Of a stretch of DNA of 64,000 nucleotides, positions 26,917 to 40,524 are shown piece by piece (position 1 is the first letter of the stretch; each line of letters opens with the position of its first letter). The position numbers and the translations under genes were made by a program. The notes beneath the pieces were generated by a model, which worked only from the letters and a program-made list of their open reading frames with translations, had not been told where the DNA came from and made no database searches. Source of the DNA: Eledone cirrhosa (lineage: Eukaryota); assembly GCA_964016885.1 (NCBI GenBank), contig OZ024741.1, positions 189,348,001-189,412,000 of the forward strand. The letters run 5' to 3'.

Positions 26917-29900
26917 ACCTAGACAGAGATATAGTCTGCCCCTCCCATCCCACTTCCCCTTATTTTCATCATTTAATTTTTTTTCTTTCTTCCTGTTTAC
27001 TATACAAAATATTTAGGCACTAGCGATATAAAAGTTGTTTTTCTCTCTTTACTCAACAGTAACCAAAGTAAGCTGTTTCACTTCTTTTTTAATTCAAGAA
27101 CTCAGCCAGAACAAGCAGTCTTTTGGCAGCTCTTAGCCATCTATATATAAATGTCTGTGATTCTGTCACAACACATAAAGAAAGAGAGAGGAATAGTTTG
27201 ACTATCTCATACTACTCTTCTCTCTTTTCATCTGCTGCCTGCGTGAATGTATGTGTGTGTAAAAGGAAAGAAGGGGATTATGAAAAAACTACGCTGTGTG
27301 TGAGTGTATGTTTGTGTAAATGTATGTGTGTGTGTGTGTGTGTGTGCGTTTGTGTGAATGTATGTATGTGTTTGTGTGAATGTGTGCCTGTGAGTGTATT
27401 TTTGCAAATGTGTCTGTGTTTACACATTTATATTTATATACTCATACATATAAATATATGTGTATGCACATACACACATGCAAACACATATACACATATG
27501 CATCAGTGTGTTCAAAAAATCCTAGTGCAACCAACTGTTGGAATCAGTCTTCATAAGACATGTTCCAGTTGAACAAGACATTGATTTGCCATGATGTCAA
27601 TTCTACAAAGTTACAACCCACATACATTGATTTCCTTTTACTTTCATCTTGACATTTTCCATTCCCACTACATGAAGAGGCATGTGGCTTAGTGGTTAGG
27701 TTGTTCAATTCACAATCATAAGATTGGGAATTCAATTTCTGGTGGCATGTTGTGTTCTTGAGCAAAATACTTTATTTCACATTGTTCCAGTGCACTCAAC
27801 TGGCAAAAATGAGTTGTATCTGTATTTCAAAGGGCCTGCCTTGTTACACATTGTGTCATGCTGAATCTCCCTGAGAGTTGCATTAAGGGTACATGTGGAA
27901 TGCTCAGCCACTTGCACATTAATTTCATGAGCAGGTTGTCCTGTTGATCAAGCAACTAGAACACTCATTGTTGAAACCAATGGAGTTCCAACAACATGTG
28001 TGACACAAAGGAACATTTTTTGTCAAGGACATACTTATGATACCACAGTGGGACCATCCAGTTCTCAAACTATGGCTCCAATGTGAGCAGGGTACAGTGC
28101 AGCCAACTGGCCAGACCCTCCTCATAACAGTTCCACTCTGAAAACATTGTTGATGTTAGAAAGGGTATTCAACAGCTGTAAAAACCCAGCCAACACACAG
28201 TCCTAATAAGTGCAAGGTACAGTGCAGCCATCTGGTCAGACTTGTTTTATAACATAACCACCCAGTAACACAGCCCCACTATGAACAAGGCATGTTGTGA
28301 CCAACTGGTCAGAGATCCCTCATAATGGGTCCACCCAGCCCCCAAATTACAGTTCCATTGTGAGTAGATTTCCAATATATGCAAGGTACGGCATGGATAT
28401 CAGGCTAGACTTGTCCCATAACAGGACCACCCAGCAACACAGCCCCACTATGAGTAAGGCTTGGTGTGGCCAACATGCCAGACCTCCCTCATAATGGGAT
28501 CACCAGCTCCCAAATTATGGTTCCGACGTAAGCAGGGTATGGCACTGGCCAGACCCTGCTCATAATGTCCCATCCAGATCCACACTGTAAACATGGTTGG
28601 TGTTAGGAAGGGCATCCAGCTGTAAAAAAATCCAAGCCAAAATACAGTTCTGTCAGAGCAAGGTACAGCATGGCCAGACTTGTCTCATGGTATAGGTGAC
28701 CCATCTAATCCATGCAAGCATGGAAAAATAGACATTTAACGGTGACGATGATGTACTACATATCTATCCCAACCTTTTTTATGCATGCTATAATCAAAAT
28801 GTGTTACTCTTCTCTGTATGAATTGCTATACCATTCAAATCTGTACTTTTACAAACCTTTGGAAGCTATGCTGTTTAATCAAATTGACTTATACCTTTTG
28901 TAGTATCTAAAATTTCTAAACCACTTAACCCTTTCATTGCCATATTTGTAATGACACCATGTATTTTAATTAATTAATGAAGATTTGGGAGGGCTATATT
29001 AAAATTATTAATTATTTCATAAAGATAGTATCTGTAACAAATGGTTGTTATATCAAATTTTGTTGGAAGATTTTAATCTAAATACCTTCTCTGTTTTACC
29101 TATAACTCTTGGGGATGTCATACAGTTACCATAGTGGCAGGGCATTTCTTAAGTATTTCAAAACTGATGGAAATCATCCCCTCTCCAGATCTGAACACAG
29201 CTAATTTCTTCTAGAGATTGAGAGAACAACAGTGAGAACGTGTATAGAGAAAGAAACAACCATAATATTGGACTGGTACATTTTTTTTATCAACCTTGAA
29301 AGGATGAAAATCAAAGTTGACTTCAGCACGATTTGAGTCTAGAAAGCTGCAACAAATACTGCAATGCATTCTATCTAACAGTTAAAACCACATTAGATTA
29401 TAGAACAACTTATGCCAGTTGGAGTTTGTTCTTTTAGTGGTATGTAAAATTGATGTATCGTTCAAGTTACAAACTTTGAAAGTAAGCCTTCAATTTAAAA
29501 CTACATTGAGTAGTGGTACTACGTAGACCAATAGAGGCATCTAGAAAATAAATTATACATAATTTATTGTTGCTGCCTCTGACATCCATATTTTCTACAA
29601 CCTGAAATACATAGGCAATGTTTTTCATTATAAATATGGCCACTAAAAGGTTCAACTAAATCAGTCAACAAAGGACATTCTATGCTGCTATGTTTAATCC
29701 AGATTTATGACATGGAATGACTCAGCTTGCCATCCTACTTTTTATTTTTTATTCTATTTACTTTTTTTTTGTATTCTATGTGAAGTCATCAATACCATGT
29801 GATTGATTTATCAGTTTTTAGATGAAAAAATTAAAGCTGAAGCCCATGATTTAAGTAAATTATTGCTTCTGTTTCATCCTTGGTTCCCTGAACTGAAGGA

Positions 29901-31399
29901 ATTATCATCATCATGAGTATCTGTCTGACTGTGGATCTGCCTTTATTAGAGTCTAAATAATATAACTCCTTCCATTCCCCCTCTACCACCTTCTTCTCAG
30001 AACTATATATTACTTACAGACAACTACATGGTATTCTCTATGTGTGTGTGTGTTGTGTTTATGAGGATATGTATGTGCATGGCTGTGTGTATGTCTACAG
30101 TTGTGTGTGTGTGTTGTGTTTTGTCACACAATAGAGTCAGCCAAGTCCAAACTTTATGCAACTAATCAACAAGTGGCTAGATGGATGTCTAGCTTGCTGG
30201 TTAGCTGTTTGTTACTATGTTGTATAGTCAGTGTGCTTTTGTTGTGTTGCTATTGTTATTGTCATTGCTGTATGTTGTTCTTGTTGTGTAGTCCATGTGT
30301 TGTGTTATTGTTACTGTTGTTTAGCCCAAGCCACCCTAATTGAGCAGCTCTAAGATCAAAGACATTCCAGCTATGATAATCCTGCATTTCTAGGCTTACA
30401 TGCAAAGCATACTCTTAACCCTAATGCCTAAATTAACCCTTTTGTTACCATATTTCCAATAAAAGACACCGCCTATGATTTTCAAATAATTTTGAAAATA
30501 CTCAAGGATTGGAATCTGGATTTAGTAAAACAACTATTTTGTTTTTGTAACCAGCTTTCTATGAGATTTAAATAGAGTTGCAGTAGTTGTTCAGCAGCAT
30601 CTGGAGAATGGTGAGAGAATGTCAATGCAATGTCATCTGTGTATGACATTGCCTATTAGTAGCATTGTGGAAACATTGCATAGGAATAGGTTGAAAAGAA
30701 GTAGTAAGATAACTGTTCCATGTGGTACACCATTCTGAATGTTGTTCTTACACTTTACATAAGTTTGGTGACCTGAAAGGCAATTTGCATGCCATTGTTT
30801 TGGGTTGCTTCTTAAGGCTATAATTGGTAGGTGATCTGGTGGCTGGCTGGTTTTCTGAAGTTATTGTTGCAGAACTCCAGGAGATTTAATCCAGCCTCAT
30901 TCCTCATAGCAAAACCATATCCTCCATGGACACGATAAAAGCCATCACTGTGTTGCCCTAAATCTTCTTCTTCTTATTATTATTATTATTCTTTGCCCAC
31001 TTATTTCTGGAGGGGTCATAGGAGCAGAGTCCTCAAACACTCCTTTCAGTGGGTCCTGTCAGAAGCAACCATCTCCAAATGATCTGGCTGGATCTCCAAG
31101 AGAGACCAGCCAAGCTCATGGATGTTATCCAACCATCTTGCTTAGGGTCTACCCCTGGGTCACCTACCAGTAGGTTTTTCCCATAAAATCTGTCCAGCAT
31201 TTCTTTCCTTAGACATTCTAACCACATGCCCATAGTGTCAAAGCTGTAATCTCTCAATTCAGAGAAGTAGCAGTGCTACCTGGAGTGACTCTCTGATCTC
31301 CGAGTTACACACTTTATCGAGTAATGTCCATTAAAATTACCAGCCATAATTATGATGTTACTGTCATTTGTTAATGAGGCAATATGCATAAGAGACTCA

Positions 31400-31760
31400 T
31401 AGAACTGGTCCTTCAGTTCCTCTGACAGCCCAGTTTATAATATGTATATGCCTTGATGACTGTTACTGTTGTTCTATCTAGGACTAACCTAAGCTCAATG
31501 ATTCTTTCACTTACTCTGGCTATTTCAATTACCTTGTGTACTTATTTCATTATAAACAGTATTTCCACTCCTCTATCCCATGATTGTTACTCACCCAGGA
31601 AAATTTATAGCATTGGTTTTTTTCCTTTGAGAAGTCTGGCCGAGGCTCCTCATCATCTTGTTTCTTATTCACAGCACACATCCACTCACTTTCACTCCAG
31701 CGTCTCTACAGTTTCATCTTACCTACCTTTTATCATGTAAATATTGATGATGGCAGCTGT
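31400..31760 (-). mobile_element. Old RTE AP-endonuclease N-terminal fragment
   Basis: Minus strand resembles RVSERIIELRLVLDRTTVTVI of the 45223 copy; other decayed RT pieces near 30600-31360. Confidence 0.55.
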
Positions 31761-31779
31761 TAAGTTTTGTAACACTTAA

Positions 31780-31980
31780 CACTTTAGCATTTACATTATT
31801 CTATATATTATTTTCCCGGTAAAGACTTTATCTCACATAATATCAAATCTATGAGATTTTGATATTATTTATTTTGAGAACAATACCTTAACATCAGTAT
31901 GGGTGGCTAGTTACAGCCAGTTTGAACAGAAAGAGATGAGAGAATTCTGGCTGGATATGGCCGGTTTAAATGCTAAAGGG
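31780..31980. mobile_element. piggyBac-like MITE
   Basis: TTAA on both sides; TIR cactttagcattta / taaatgctaaaggg. Confidence 0.75.
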
Positions 31981-32160
31981 TTAAAGAAACTAGAGTTTTG
32001 ATGGTTGGGTGGGTAGTTTGATACTTAATTTCTGCATCTGATGGGTTCTCTTTCATGATTTCCTATCTTTCACCTGAGTTGCTATGTATTGTATCGCCCA
32101 CTAACTAAATTACTATGAATAATTATTAACATGCCTAGTACTCTAGTTTTCAGCCAATTG

Positions 32161-33718
32161 AGCCACTCTACTTGGCATTTGTCGACCTTGAGAAAGCCTT
32201 TGACAGAGTGCCACGTGCAGTAATCTGGTGGGCTCTTAGAAAACTAGGAGTAGATGAATGGCTTGTGAAAGCGGTACAAGCCATGTATAGGGGAGCAGTC
32301 AGCAAAGTTAGGATTGGCAATGAGTATAGCGAGGAATTTAGCGTACAGGTTGGGGTCCACCAGGGCTCTGTTCTTAGCCCTCTCCTGTTCATCATAGTCC
32401 TGCAGGCAATAACGGAGGAGTTTAAGACCGGATGCCCATGGGAACTCCTGTATGCTGATGACCTCGCACTCATAGCTGAATCTATGGTAGAACTAGAGAA
32501 TAAATTCCAAACCTGGAAGCAGGGACTAGAGAGAAAGGGCCTCAAAGTCAACATGACAAAGACTAAGGTCCTTATAAGTAGACGAGAAAACAGAACCCAG
32601 ATCCCCTCAGGGAAATGGCCTTGCTCAGTATGTAGGAAAGGTGTAGGTAGGAACTCCATTCTTTGCCCCAAATGCAAACAATGGGTACACAAGAGATGTA
32701 GCGGGATCTCAGGAAGCCTAATTAAGAATGTAGGATTCACATGCAGCAGCTGTGCTGAAACAGCAAGCAAACAGCCACAGGAAACAAGTACCACCAATCT
32801 CTGGGAGGGCCCTGTAGAAACAGTAGACAGCTTCTGCTACCTAGGTGACCGAATTAGCAACGGAGGTGGGTGCTCAGAAAGTACAATAACTAGGGTAAGA
32901 ACGGGATGGAAGAAGTTTAGGGAACTACTACCACTGCTAGCTACAAAAGGCTTCTCCCTCAGAATGAAAGGCAGACTGTATGATGTGTGTATCCGAACAG
33001 CGATGTTGCATGGTAGTGAGACCTGGGCGCTGAAGGTGGAAGACTTACGTAGATTAGAGAGAAACGAAGCCTGCATGCTCCGATGGATGTGTAACAGTAA
33101 TATACGTGAACGACAAAGCATAAATGAATTGAGAGAGAGACTGAGCATAAGAGGAATCAAATGCTGCGTGCAGGAGAGGCGGTTACGCTGGTATGGACAT
33201 GTGATGCGTATGAAGGATGACAGCTGCATAAAAAGGTGCAGAGCACTAGAAGTTGATGGAAACCGCGGAGTGGGGAGACCCAAGATGACTTGGGATGAGG
33301 TGATAAAAGCCGACCTTACCCAACTACACCTCTCAAAGTCAATGACACACGACCGTGACTTCTGGCGTCACGCAGTAATACAGGGTACCCGACCTCCCAT
33401 GGGTACATGCTGAAGCATATAAACAATATGCCCCCCCCCCCCCCCCCCACCGCAAGGTGGTCGTGGAGGTGCCACGGCAAAAAAGCACCCAGCCCACACT
33501 GTAAAGTGGACGTGTAGGCGCCACGAAAAAGCACCCAGCACTCACTGTAAATGAGGTTGGTGTTAGGAAGGGCATCCAGCTGTAGAAATCAAGCCAGATC
33601 AGTTCCTGTATGAGCAAGGCATGGTCAGCCGACCAGACACTGCCCACAACAGGACAACCCGTCTAACCCATGCTAGCGTGGAAGAACGGACGTAAAACGG
33701 TGATGATGATGATGATGA
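32161..33718 (+). mobile_element. RTE LINE subfamily 2, 5'-truncated; ORF 32172-33413 open
   Basis: RT motifs, PHD finger, distinct 3' UTR, (GAT)n tail. Confidence 0.95.
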
Positions 33719-34241
33719 AGGGAAGCTACTACTGAAATTTGGAGATACCTTTGTTACTTATCAGGAGAACATAATATGATTGATTTATCAGAATTAGTGA
33801 CAGTGAGGGGTGGTTGAAAGGGAGCTTGAAAGAGCAGCGAGTTGGGACATTTACATAGTTGAAGTGAATAGAAAGAAAACAATTGTGAAAACATATGTGT
33901 GTGTGTGTGTATGTGTTTAGGAAACGGGTAAAATATACGAAGGCCTGAAAAAGGAGAGGCTAAAGGGACAGAGAGAGGGGGGGGGGATTATGGAAATGAA
34001 ATTGTTTGCAAGTAATAACAAATAGACTGGAATAAAATACAAAATATCATAGAAACAAATATTTTATTACATTTTTAATTCAGTTAAGACTATAAGTAGC
34101 AATAAACTTGTTTGTAGACAAAACAAATAAAATTTGAATAAAATATCAGATCATAGCAAAACTTTGGTACAGAGAAAAATGACTAATCTCAGCCAGATGG
34201 TGGCAAAGAGGGAACTAACTCTCTCTTCCACCCTCTCTCTG

Positions 34242-34292
<51 letters not shown>

Positions 34293-34469
34293 CGAGAATT
34301 AGTACATCTACCAACATATGTGTACAGATGTACACCCATGCTAGCAAATATATATGTTATGTCTTAGTACCTTTGTGGTTCTATGCAGGGGGATGCAGAA
34401 CAATTATATGAAAGACGTAAAATAAGAAAATTTTAAAAATTAAAAATCAACTTACTTACTAAAATTTTC

Positions 34470-34551
34470 ACTCCAACTAATTAGTTTCTGTAAGGGGATA
34501 AATATAGTTACGTAATATAACTATAGAGAATTCCTTACGTCATCAGGGAGT
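34470..34551 (-). ncRNA. Type-I hammerhead ribozyme
   Basis: Minus strand: ACTCC-CTGATGA-c-GTAAGG...CCTTAC-a-GAAAC-TAATTA-GTT-GGAGT; palindromic stem III ACTAATTAGT. Confidence 0.85.
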
Positions 34552-34925
34552 CTATTCTCAGCTAAGTTCCCAGGCGATGCGCGGACACTAGGAACCCATA
34601 TAAAAATAATAATTCAGTGGATGGAATAAAGCTAGCGAGGACTAAATTCCAGAGCACTGAAAAAATTCACTGCCTCTGGTCAGTGGCAGATTCTAAAGAA
34701 TCAGTCACGTGACACTGAGGTTAATCAGTTAGGAGCGGGGTGGTATTATGACAAGAGCCTACTACTACCATGAATCAGCAGTAACTTTTGGCAAGTTTTG
34801 CTCAACAAATAATTTGGAGTTAAATATAGAGAATTAGTACATCTACCATTTCTTATTTTACGTCTTTCATATATATATATATACAATATATTAACAAATG
34901 GAAACTATATTTATAAAACCATATT

Positions 34926-34991
34926 TATTTCATTATACATATTTCAAGGGCCACCAGAGCAAACTATGGTGCGCTTTCATCAGATAAAATA
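34926..34991 (-). ncRNA. Type-I hammerhead ribozyme
   Basis: Minus strand: TATTTTAT-CTGATGA-aagcgcacca..tggtggccctt-GAAAT-ATGT-ATA-ATGAAATA. Confidence 0.75.
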
Positions 34992-35020
34992 TAATATAGG
35001 TTAGTTTTATAAATAAATAT

Positions 35021-36178
35021 TGACTAAGGTCCTTGTAAGTAGACGAGAAAACAGAACCCAGATCTCCTCAGGGAAATGGCCTTGCTCAGTATGTAGGAAA
35101 GGTGTAGGTAGGAACTCCATTCTCTGCCCCAAATGCAAACAATGGGTACACAAGAGATGTAGCGGGATCTCAGGAAGCTTAATTAAGAATGTAGGATTCA
35201 CATGCAGCAGCTGTGCTGAAACAGCAAGCAAACAGCCACAGGAAACAAGTACCACCAATCTCTGGGAGGGCCCTGTAGAAACAGTAGACAGCTTCTGCTA
35301 CCTAGGTGACCGAATTAGCAATGGAGGTGGGTGCTCAGAAAGTACAATAACTAGGGTAAGAACGGGATGGAAGAAGTTTAGGGAACTACTACCACTGCTA
35401 GCTGCAAAAGGCTTCTCCCTCAGAATGAAAGGCAGACTGTATGATGCGTGTATCCGAACAGCGATGTTGCATGGTAGTGAGACCTGGGCGCTGAAGGTGG
35501 AAGACTTACGTAGATTAGAGAGAAACGAAGCCTGCATGCTCCGATGGATGTGTAACAGTAATATACGTGAACGACAAAGCATAAAGGAATAAGAGAGAGA
35601 CTGAGCATAAGAGGAATCAAATGCTGCGTGCAGGAGAGGCGGTTACGCTGGTATGGACATGTGATGTGTATGAAGGATGACAGCTGCATAAAAAGGTGCA
35701 GAGCACTAGAAGTTGATGGAAACCGCGGAGTGGGGAGACCCAAGATGACTTGGGATGAGGTGATAAAAGCCGACCTTACCCAACTACACCTCTCAAAGAC
35801 AATGACACACGACCGTGACTTCTGGCGTCACGCAGTAATACAGAGTACCCGACCTCCCATGGGTACATGCTGAAGCATATAAACAATATGCCCCCACTCC
35901 CCCCACCGCAAGGTGGTCGTGGAGGTGCCACGGCAAAAAAGCATCCAGCCCACACTGTAAAGTGGACGTGTAGGCGCCACGAAAAAGCACCCAGCACTCA
36001 CTGTAAATGAGGTTGGTGTTAGGAAGGGCATCCAGCTGTAGAAATCAAGCCAAATCAGTTCCTGTATGAGCAAGGCATGGTCAGCCGACCAGACACTGCC
36101 CACAACAAAACAACCCGTCTAACCCATGCTAGCGTGGAAGAATGGACGTAAAACGGTGATGATGATGATGATGATGAT
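35021..36178 (+). mobile_element. RTE LINE subfamily 2, shorter copy with frameshift
   Basis: Nearly identical to 32561-33718; frame breaks near 35585. Confidence 0.95.
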
Positions 36179-36949
36179 TGACATACCCTTACAATTGACA
36201 TACCCAATAATTTGTTGAGTGCTTTATATCAGTTATAAAAATATTTTGCTTGTTGTATCCCAACAAATTAAATATAACCTCTACATATATATATCCCTCT
36301 ATCTATCTCACTCTCTCTCCCTCTCTCTATATATATATTATATCTATCCTTTTCTGTTGATATCTTCTTGTCACTCTAATTAATCATCGTCTCTTTCACA
36401 GAAAATAGATGTAATCATCATATCTACCTGCCCCACTCCTGCACCATTTTCAGTCTGGTAGAAATATTTAAAAAGACTTATTGAGGTTCATAATTCGATT
36501 GAATTATAATTATCTCTAATGTCTATGCAGACACACATATATATACATGATGGCTGCCCCCTCGTTATCGAGTATGGCCATTGCACAATATACCATTATT
36601 AATAATTATTAATTAATTCTATCGTGCAATGCCTGTGCGTGAAGATATTTTTTAAAGTGAGGAAAGACTGTGCACTGAGCCAATCCCACTCTCTGAGCGA
36701 CAGTAGCTATAACTCGAAAAGAAGAAAAGATCAACATCATCGGTAACTACTGAGCCCCAGGTTTTATGTCGGAGTTATCCCAATTTCCTGAGTTGCCTTC
36801 TCTTAGAAGAATGCCCTGACAAAGGTTAGGGGTCCTTCACTCCCAGTGGTTTAACCACGTGATTGGGTATCCAGCTCGTTTATTTCTTTGTCCCTGTGCA
36901 TATACACACATATGTACACATGTATATAAATATTTGCACACTTTTCGAA

Positions 36950-37133
36950 GGCCATTGACTCTTATGAGTTCTTCCACCCTTTGTCAGGTTTTGTTTTTTG
37001 TCCTGCAGCGTGTCCAAAATCACCCTCACCAAGTAAACTTGGTGGGGTTGTCGGTTTAGTCGCCGACGACCCGACCAGGCGACAGGTTGTACTGGGTTAC
37101 ATGTTACCAGTAGCACTCAAGAGTAACCTGACA
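36950..37133 (-). mobile_element. Dispersed structured repeat (LINE/SINE 5' end-like); second copy 44443-44630 (+)
   Basis: The two segments align as reverse complements (gtaacccagtacaac...caccaag..acttggtgag..gattttggacac). Confidence 0.65.
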
Positions 37134-37254
37134 CATATATATATATATACAAACAAACAATTAAATTGAATTACAGTTGACCTATCTGAAAAACCCCATA
37201 GCATTTACACTAACTAAATCAAATGACACTAAATATACATGCAGAACTACAAAC

Positions 37255-37682
37255 ACATGTTCCAGTAACTAATCACCACACATTGCCGAAATAATTATAT
37301 ATGAATCAGAACTAACCTCCACCGAACCAAATCTTAATTTGATGTGTAAATGATACATAAGTATGGTGGAAGTTAAATTTAAACAACAATACTTCAACCA
37401 TACTTATTCCTTTGGAAGTATAAAAAAAGAAGAATGCAACAAAATGATCTATGTCTGGAGTTTGACAGAATATGCTATGGCTTTCAGAATTAAGTGGAAG
37501 ATCCTAAAAGAATGCAAACTATGCAGAAATGTTATAGTTTTATATACAAAATGTTGTGTATTATGCATAGTTGAAAAGAGACTCATACTAAAAAAACTAT
37601 AACATCTGCAAACTATCTAAATGTCAGATCAGAATTCTTCAACAAATGCTGCCATTCAAACAAGTATCTCCCAAAACAATGG
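37255..37682 (+). pseudogene. Degenerate C-terminal GIY-YIG endonuclease of a Penelope-like (Naiad-type) retroelement
   Basis: IIYESE...YISMVEVKFKQQYFNH..SF...YVWSL...IKWKIL...CVLCIVEKRLI...YLNVRSEFFNKCCHSNKYL fits the FKxRYxNH / CxLCxxEK / LNxRSE...CxH pattern. Confidence 0.75.
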
Positions 37683-38100
37683 AAGGTTATACTACCACTT
37701 GATGTAATAGATCAATACTTGGCTCTTCAGCAGGAATATTCACGCTTTCTATATCTCTCTTCAATTTTAATAGCCATTCTTGAATTCACTATACTTTATT
37801 CATTCAGATGTTCACAGGAAATTCTTCTCCCTTTAAACATTTCTCTTGATTTCAAATACAATCATACTTTGTGTGTGTACACCTATTAGGCAAGTGAGAT
37901 ATACACATGGTTCTCCAAATTCCTCTTTTGGCTATCACCATCTTAACCAAATATATAATGACTATTGTCACATATTAATGAACCCACTTTAAATTATTGA
38001 TAAATAATGACTAGAATTACTTTACTCTTAGAGGCACATCTTTAATTTTTTTTCATCTATTTTACTGTTGTGCAATGAGACTTGTATTCATATTATTATT

Positions 38101-38700
38101 ATTGGCAGTATCGGTAGAGGGTCGGACGCCATGTTTTGACGCATTGAGTTACGGCCTTTGCCATTCTGAGTTCAAATCCCGCCGAGGTTAACTTTGCCTT
38201 TCATCCTTACGGGGTCAATAAAATAAAGTACCAGTAATGCACTGGGTATTTGCTGGCCTTGTGCCAAATGTAGAAACAATTATTGGCAGTATCGGTAGAG
38301 GGTCGGTCACCATGCTGTAACGCATACATAGAGTTACGACCCTTGCCATTCTGAGTTCAAATCCTGTCGAGGTTAACTTTGCCTTTCATCCTTATGGGGG
38401 TCGATAAAATAAAGTATCAGTAATGCACTGGGGTCGATTTATTCGACTTTTCCTTCCCCTTAAAAAAATTGCTGGCCTTGTGCCTAAAGTAGAAACAATT
38501 ATTATTATTATTACTATTTCATTAGAGTTATGGCTCTTTATGTTCTGAGTTCAAATCCCTCCAAAGTTAGCTTTGCCTTTCATCTTTACAGGGTCAATAA
38601 AATAAAGCACCAGTAATGCACTGGGGTCAATTTAATCAACTTCCCCCCCCCCCCCCCCCCCCAAAAAAAATCCTGGCCTTTTGCCAAATGTAGAAACTAT
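38101..38700 (+). mobile_element. Three tandem Meta/MESC SINE copies
   Basis: Units start at about 38101, 38282 and 38522, each ending gtagaaac(a/t)att. Confidence 0.9.
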
Positions 38701-39030
38701 TATCATCATTATTTCACGGCAATAATAATAATAATAATAATAATAATTAAAATTCAACTATAGAATCATTATTAGTTTGTTTCATATTTATTTCCTTGCA
38801 GTAAAGATTATGATAATAATAATTATAATAAAATTTAAATAACATATATATATTTCGATCTTAACTGAATCTCCTCATAATGATATCAAATATAAAATTA
38901 TTCACAGAAAAAAGTCAGGAAACAAGAAAAAAAAGGCTTAAAAAGAGAAGAATTTTCCATCATCATTTATAGTTAAGAGAACCGACCACCAAAGCCTATG
39001 GCAAGAAAAGCAAATGAATCCATTCAACAT

Positions 39031-39063
<33 letters not shown>

Positions 39064-39477
39064 GTGTGTTTATGTGTGTGTGTGTGTGTATATATATTTA
39101 TATATATGTATATATATACGCATATATTATATATATGTGTATATATATATATACATATTATATGTCCCATCGAGGTTAACTTTGCTTTTCATCCTTAGGG
39201 GGTCGATAAAATAAAGTACCAGTAATGCACTGGGTAATTGCTGGCCTTGTGCCAAAAGTAGAAACAATTATATATATCTATATATATATATATATATGTA
39301 GGAGGTGAGTTTTATTGTAGTACAATAAAGCAATGCAGATATTGGATAAGGAGCACTCTACAGTTTGTAGGACTGGAGTATACATAATATATAAGATCAA
39401 AAGATGGTTAAAAGAGTTCCATGTATTTTATTATGCGCATTTCAAAAACAAATATCATCATGCAATAATATTTGTGT

Positions 39478-39544
39478 TTTTATCTGATGAAAACACAAAT
39501 ATTATTGCATGATGATATTTGTTTTTGAAATGCGCATAATAAAA
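39478..39544 (+). ncRNA. Type-I hammerhead ribozyme at the centre of a perfect palindrome (39384-39586)
   Basis: TTTTAT-CTGATGA-AAACACAAATAT..ATATTTGTTTTT-GAAAT-GCGC-ATA-ATAAAA; palindromic stem III ATGCGCAT. Confidence 0.85.
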
Positions 39545-39601
39545 TACATGGAACTCTTTTAACCATCTTTTGATCTTATATATTATATATATATATATAT
39601 A

Positions 39602-39965
39602 TAGTTAAGTTAATTTATAGAAATTAGTTAAGTTAATTCTTTTTTTTTAAAAGATTATAATCTTTAAAAAAAAAAAGAATTAGATACAGTTTTTCAAATA
39701 AAAAAGTCAGTGAGAAAGCAAGTGCAATAAGTGTACACAGCAATGTTTTTTATTCTCAAATTATATATACATATATCACTGACTTTTTTATTTGAAAAAC
39801 TGTATCTTATCTAATTCTTTTTTTTTTAAAGATTATAATCTTTTAAAAAAAAAGAATTAACTTAACTAATTTCTATAAATTAACTTAACTAATTTCTATA
39901 AATAACCTTCAATTTGGTATCGTTCTGAAGAAATCTAGTTGAGATCAAAATATAAAATATACTAA
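39602..39965 (+). repeat. 110-bp-arm palindrome followed by a decayed hammerhead
   Basis: 39602-39713 pairs with 39776-39891; CTGAAGA-a-ATCT-agttg-AGAT-c-AAAA at 39925-39950 (possible CpG decay of CGAAA). Confidence 0.7.
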
Positions 39966-40524
39966 ACACAATTCTGCCACTGGATTTTAATTATTATATA
40001 TATTATTAGTATTAGTAGTAGAGGTATGAAGATATATGGCTTAGTCGTTTGAGTGTTGGGAGTCAGAATTATGAGGTTGAGAGTTTGATTCCAAGACTGG
40101 GCAGTGCATTGTGTTTCTGACCAAAGTATTTGACTTCATGTTGTTCCCATTCACTGTTGGAGAAAGGAGTGACAATGTCACTGGTACCAAGCTTTATTAG
40201 CCTTTGCCTTTCCTCTCGGACAGCATTGGTGGAGTGGAGAGGGGCGACTGGTATACATGGGCAACTGGGGCTCTTCCACAAAAGCAACTTGCCCAGGCTT
40301 GTGCCTCAGAGAGGAACTTTCTAGGTGCCAAACCCATGGTCATTCTTGGCCAAATGGGACTTTTAGTAGTAGTAGTAGTAGTAGTAGTATTGCTATGGAT
40401 AGATTAATGAAATATAGTCATTAATACCCTACGACTTTTTACTAGCAATTGTTGCTGCAATTGTTGTAGTTGCTGCAATTTTTGTTGTTGCTGTTGTCAT
40501 TATAGCACATGTATTATTTTTCAG

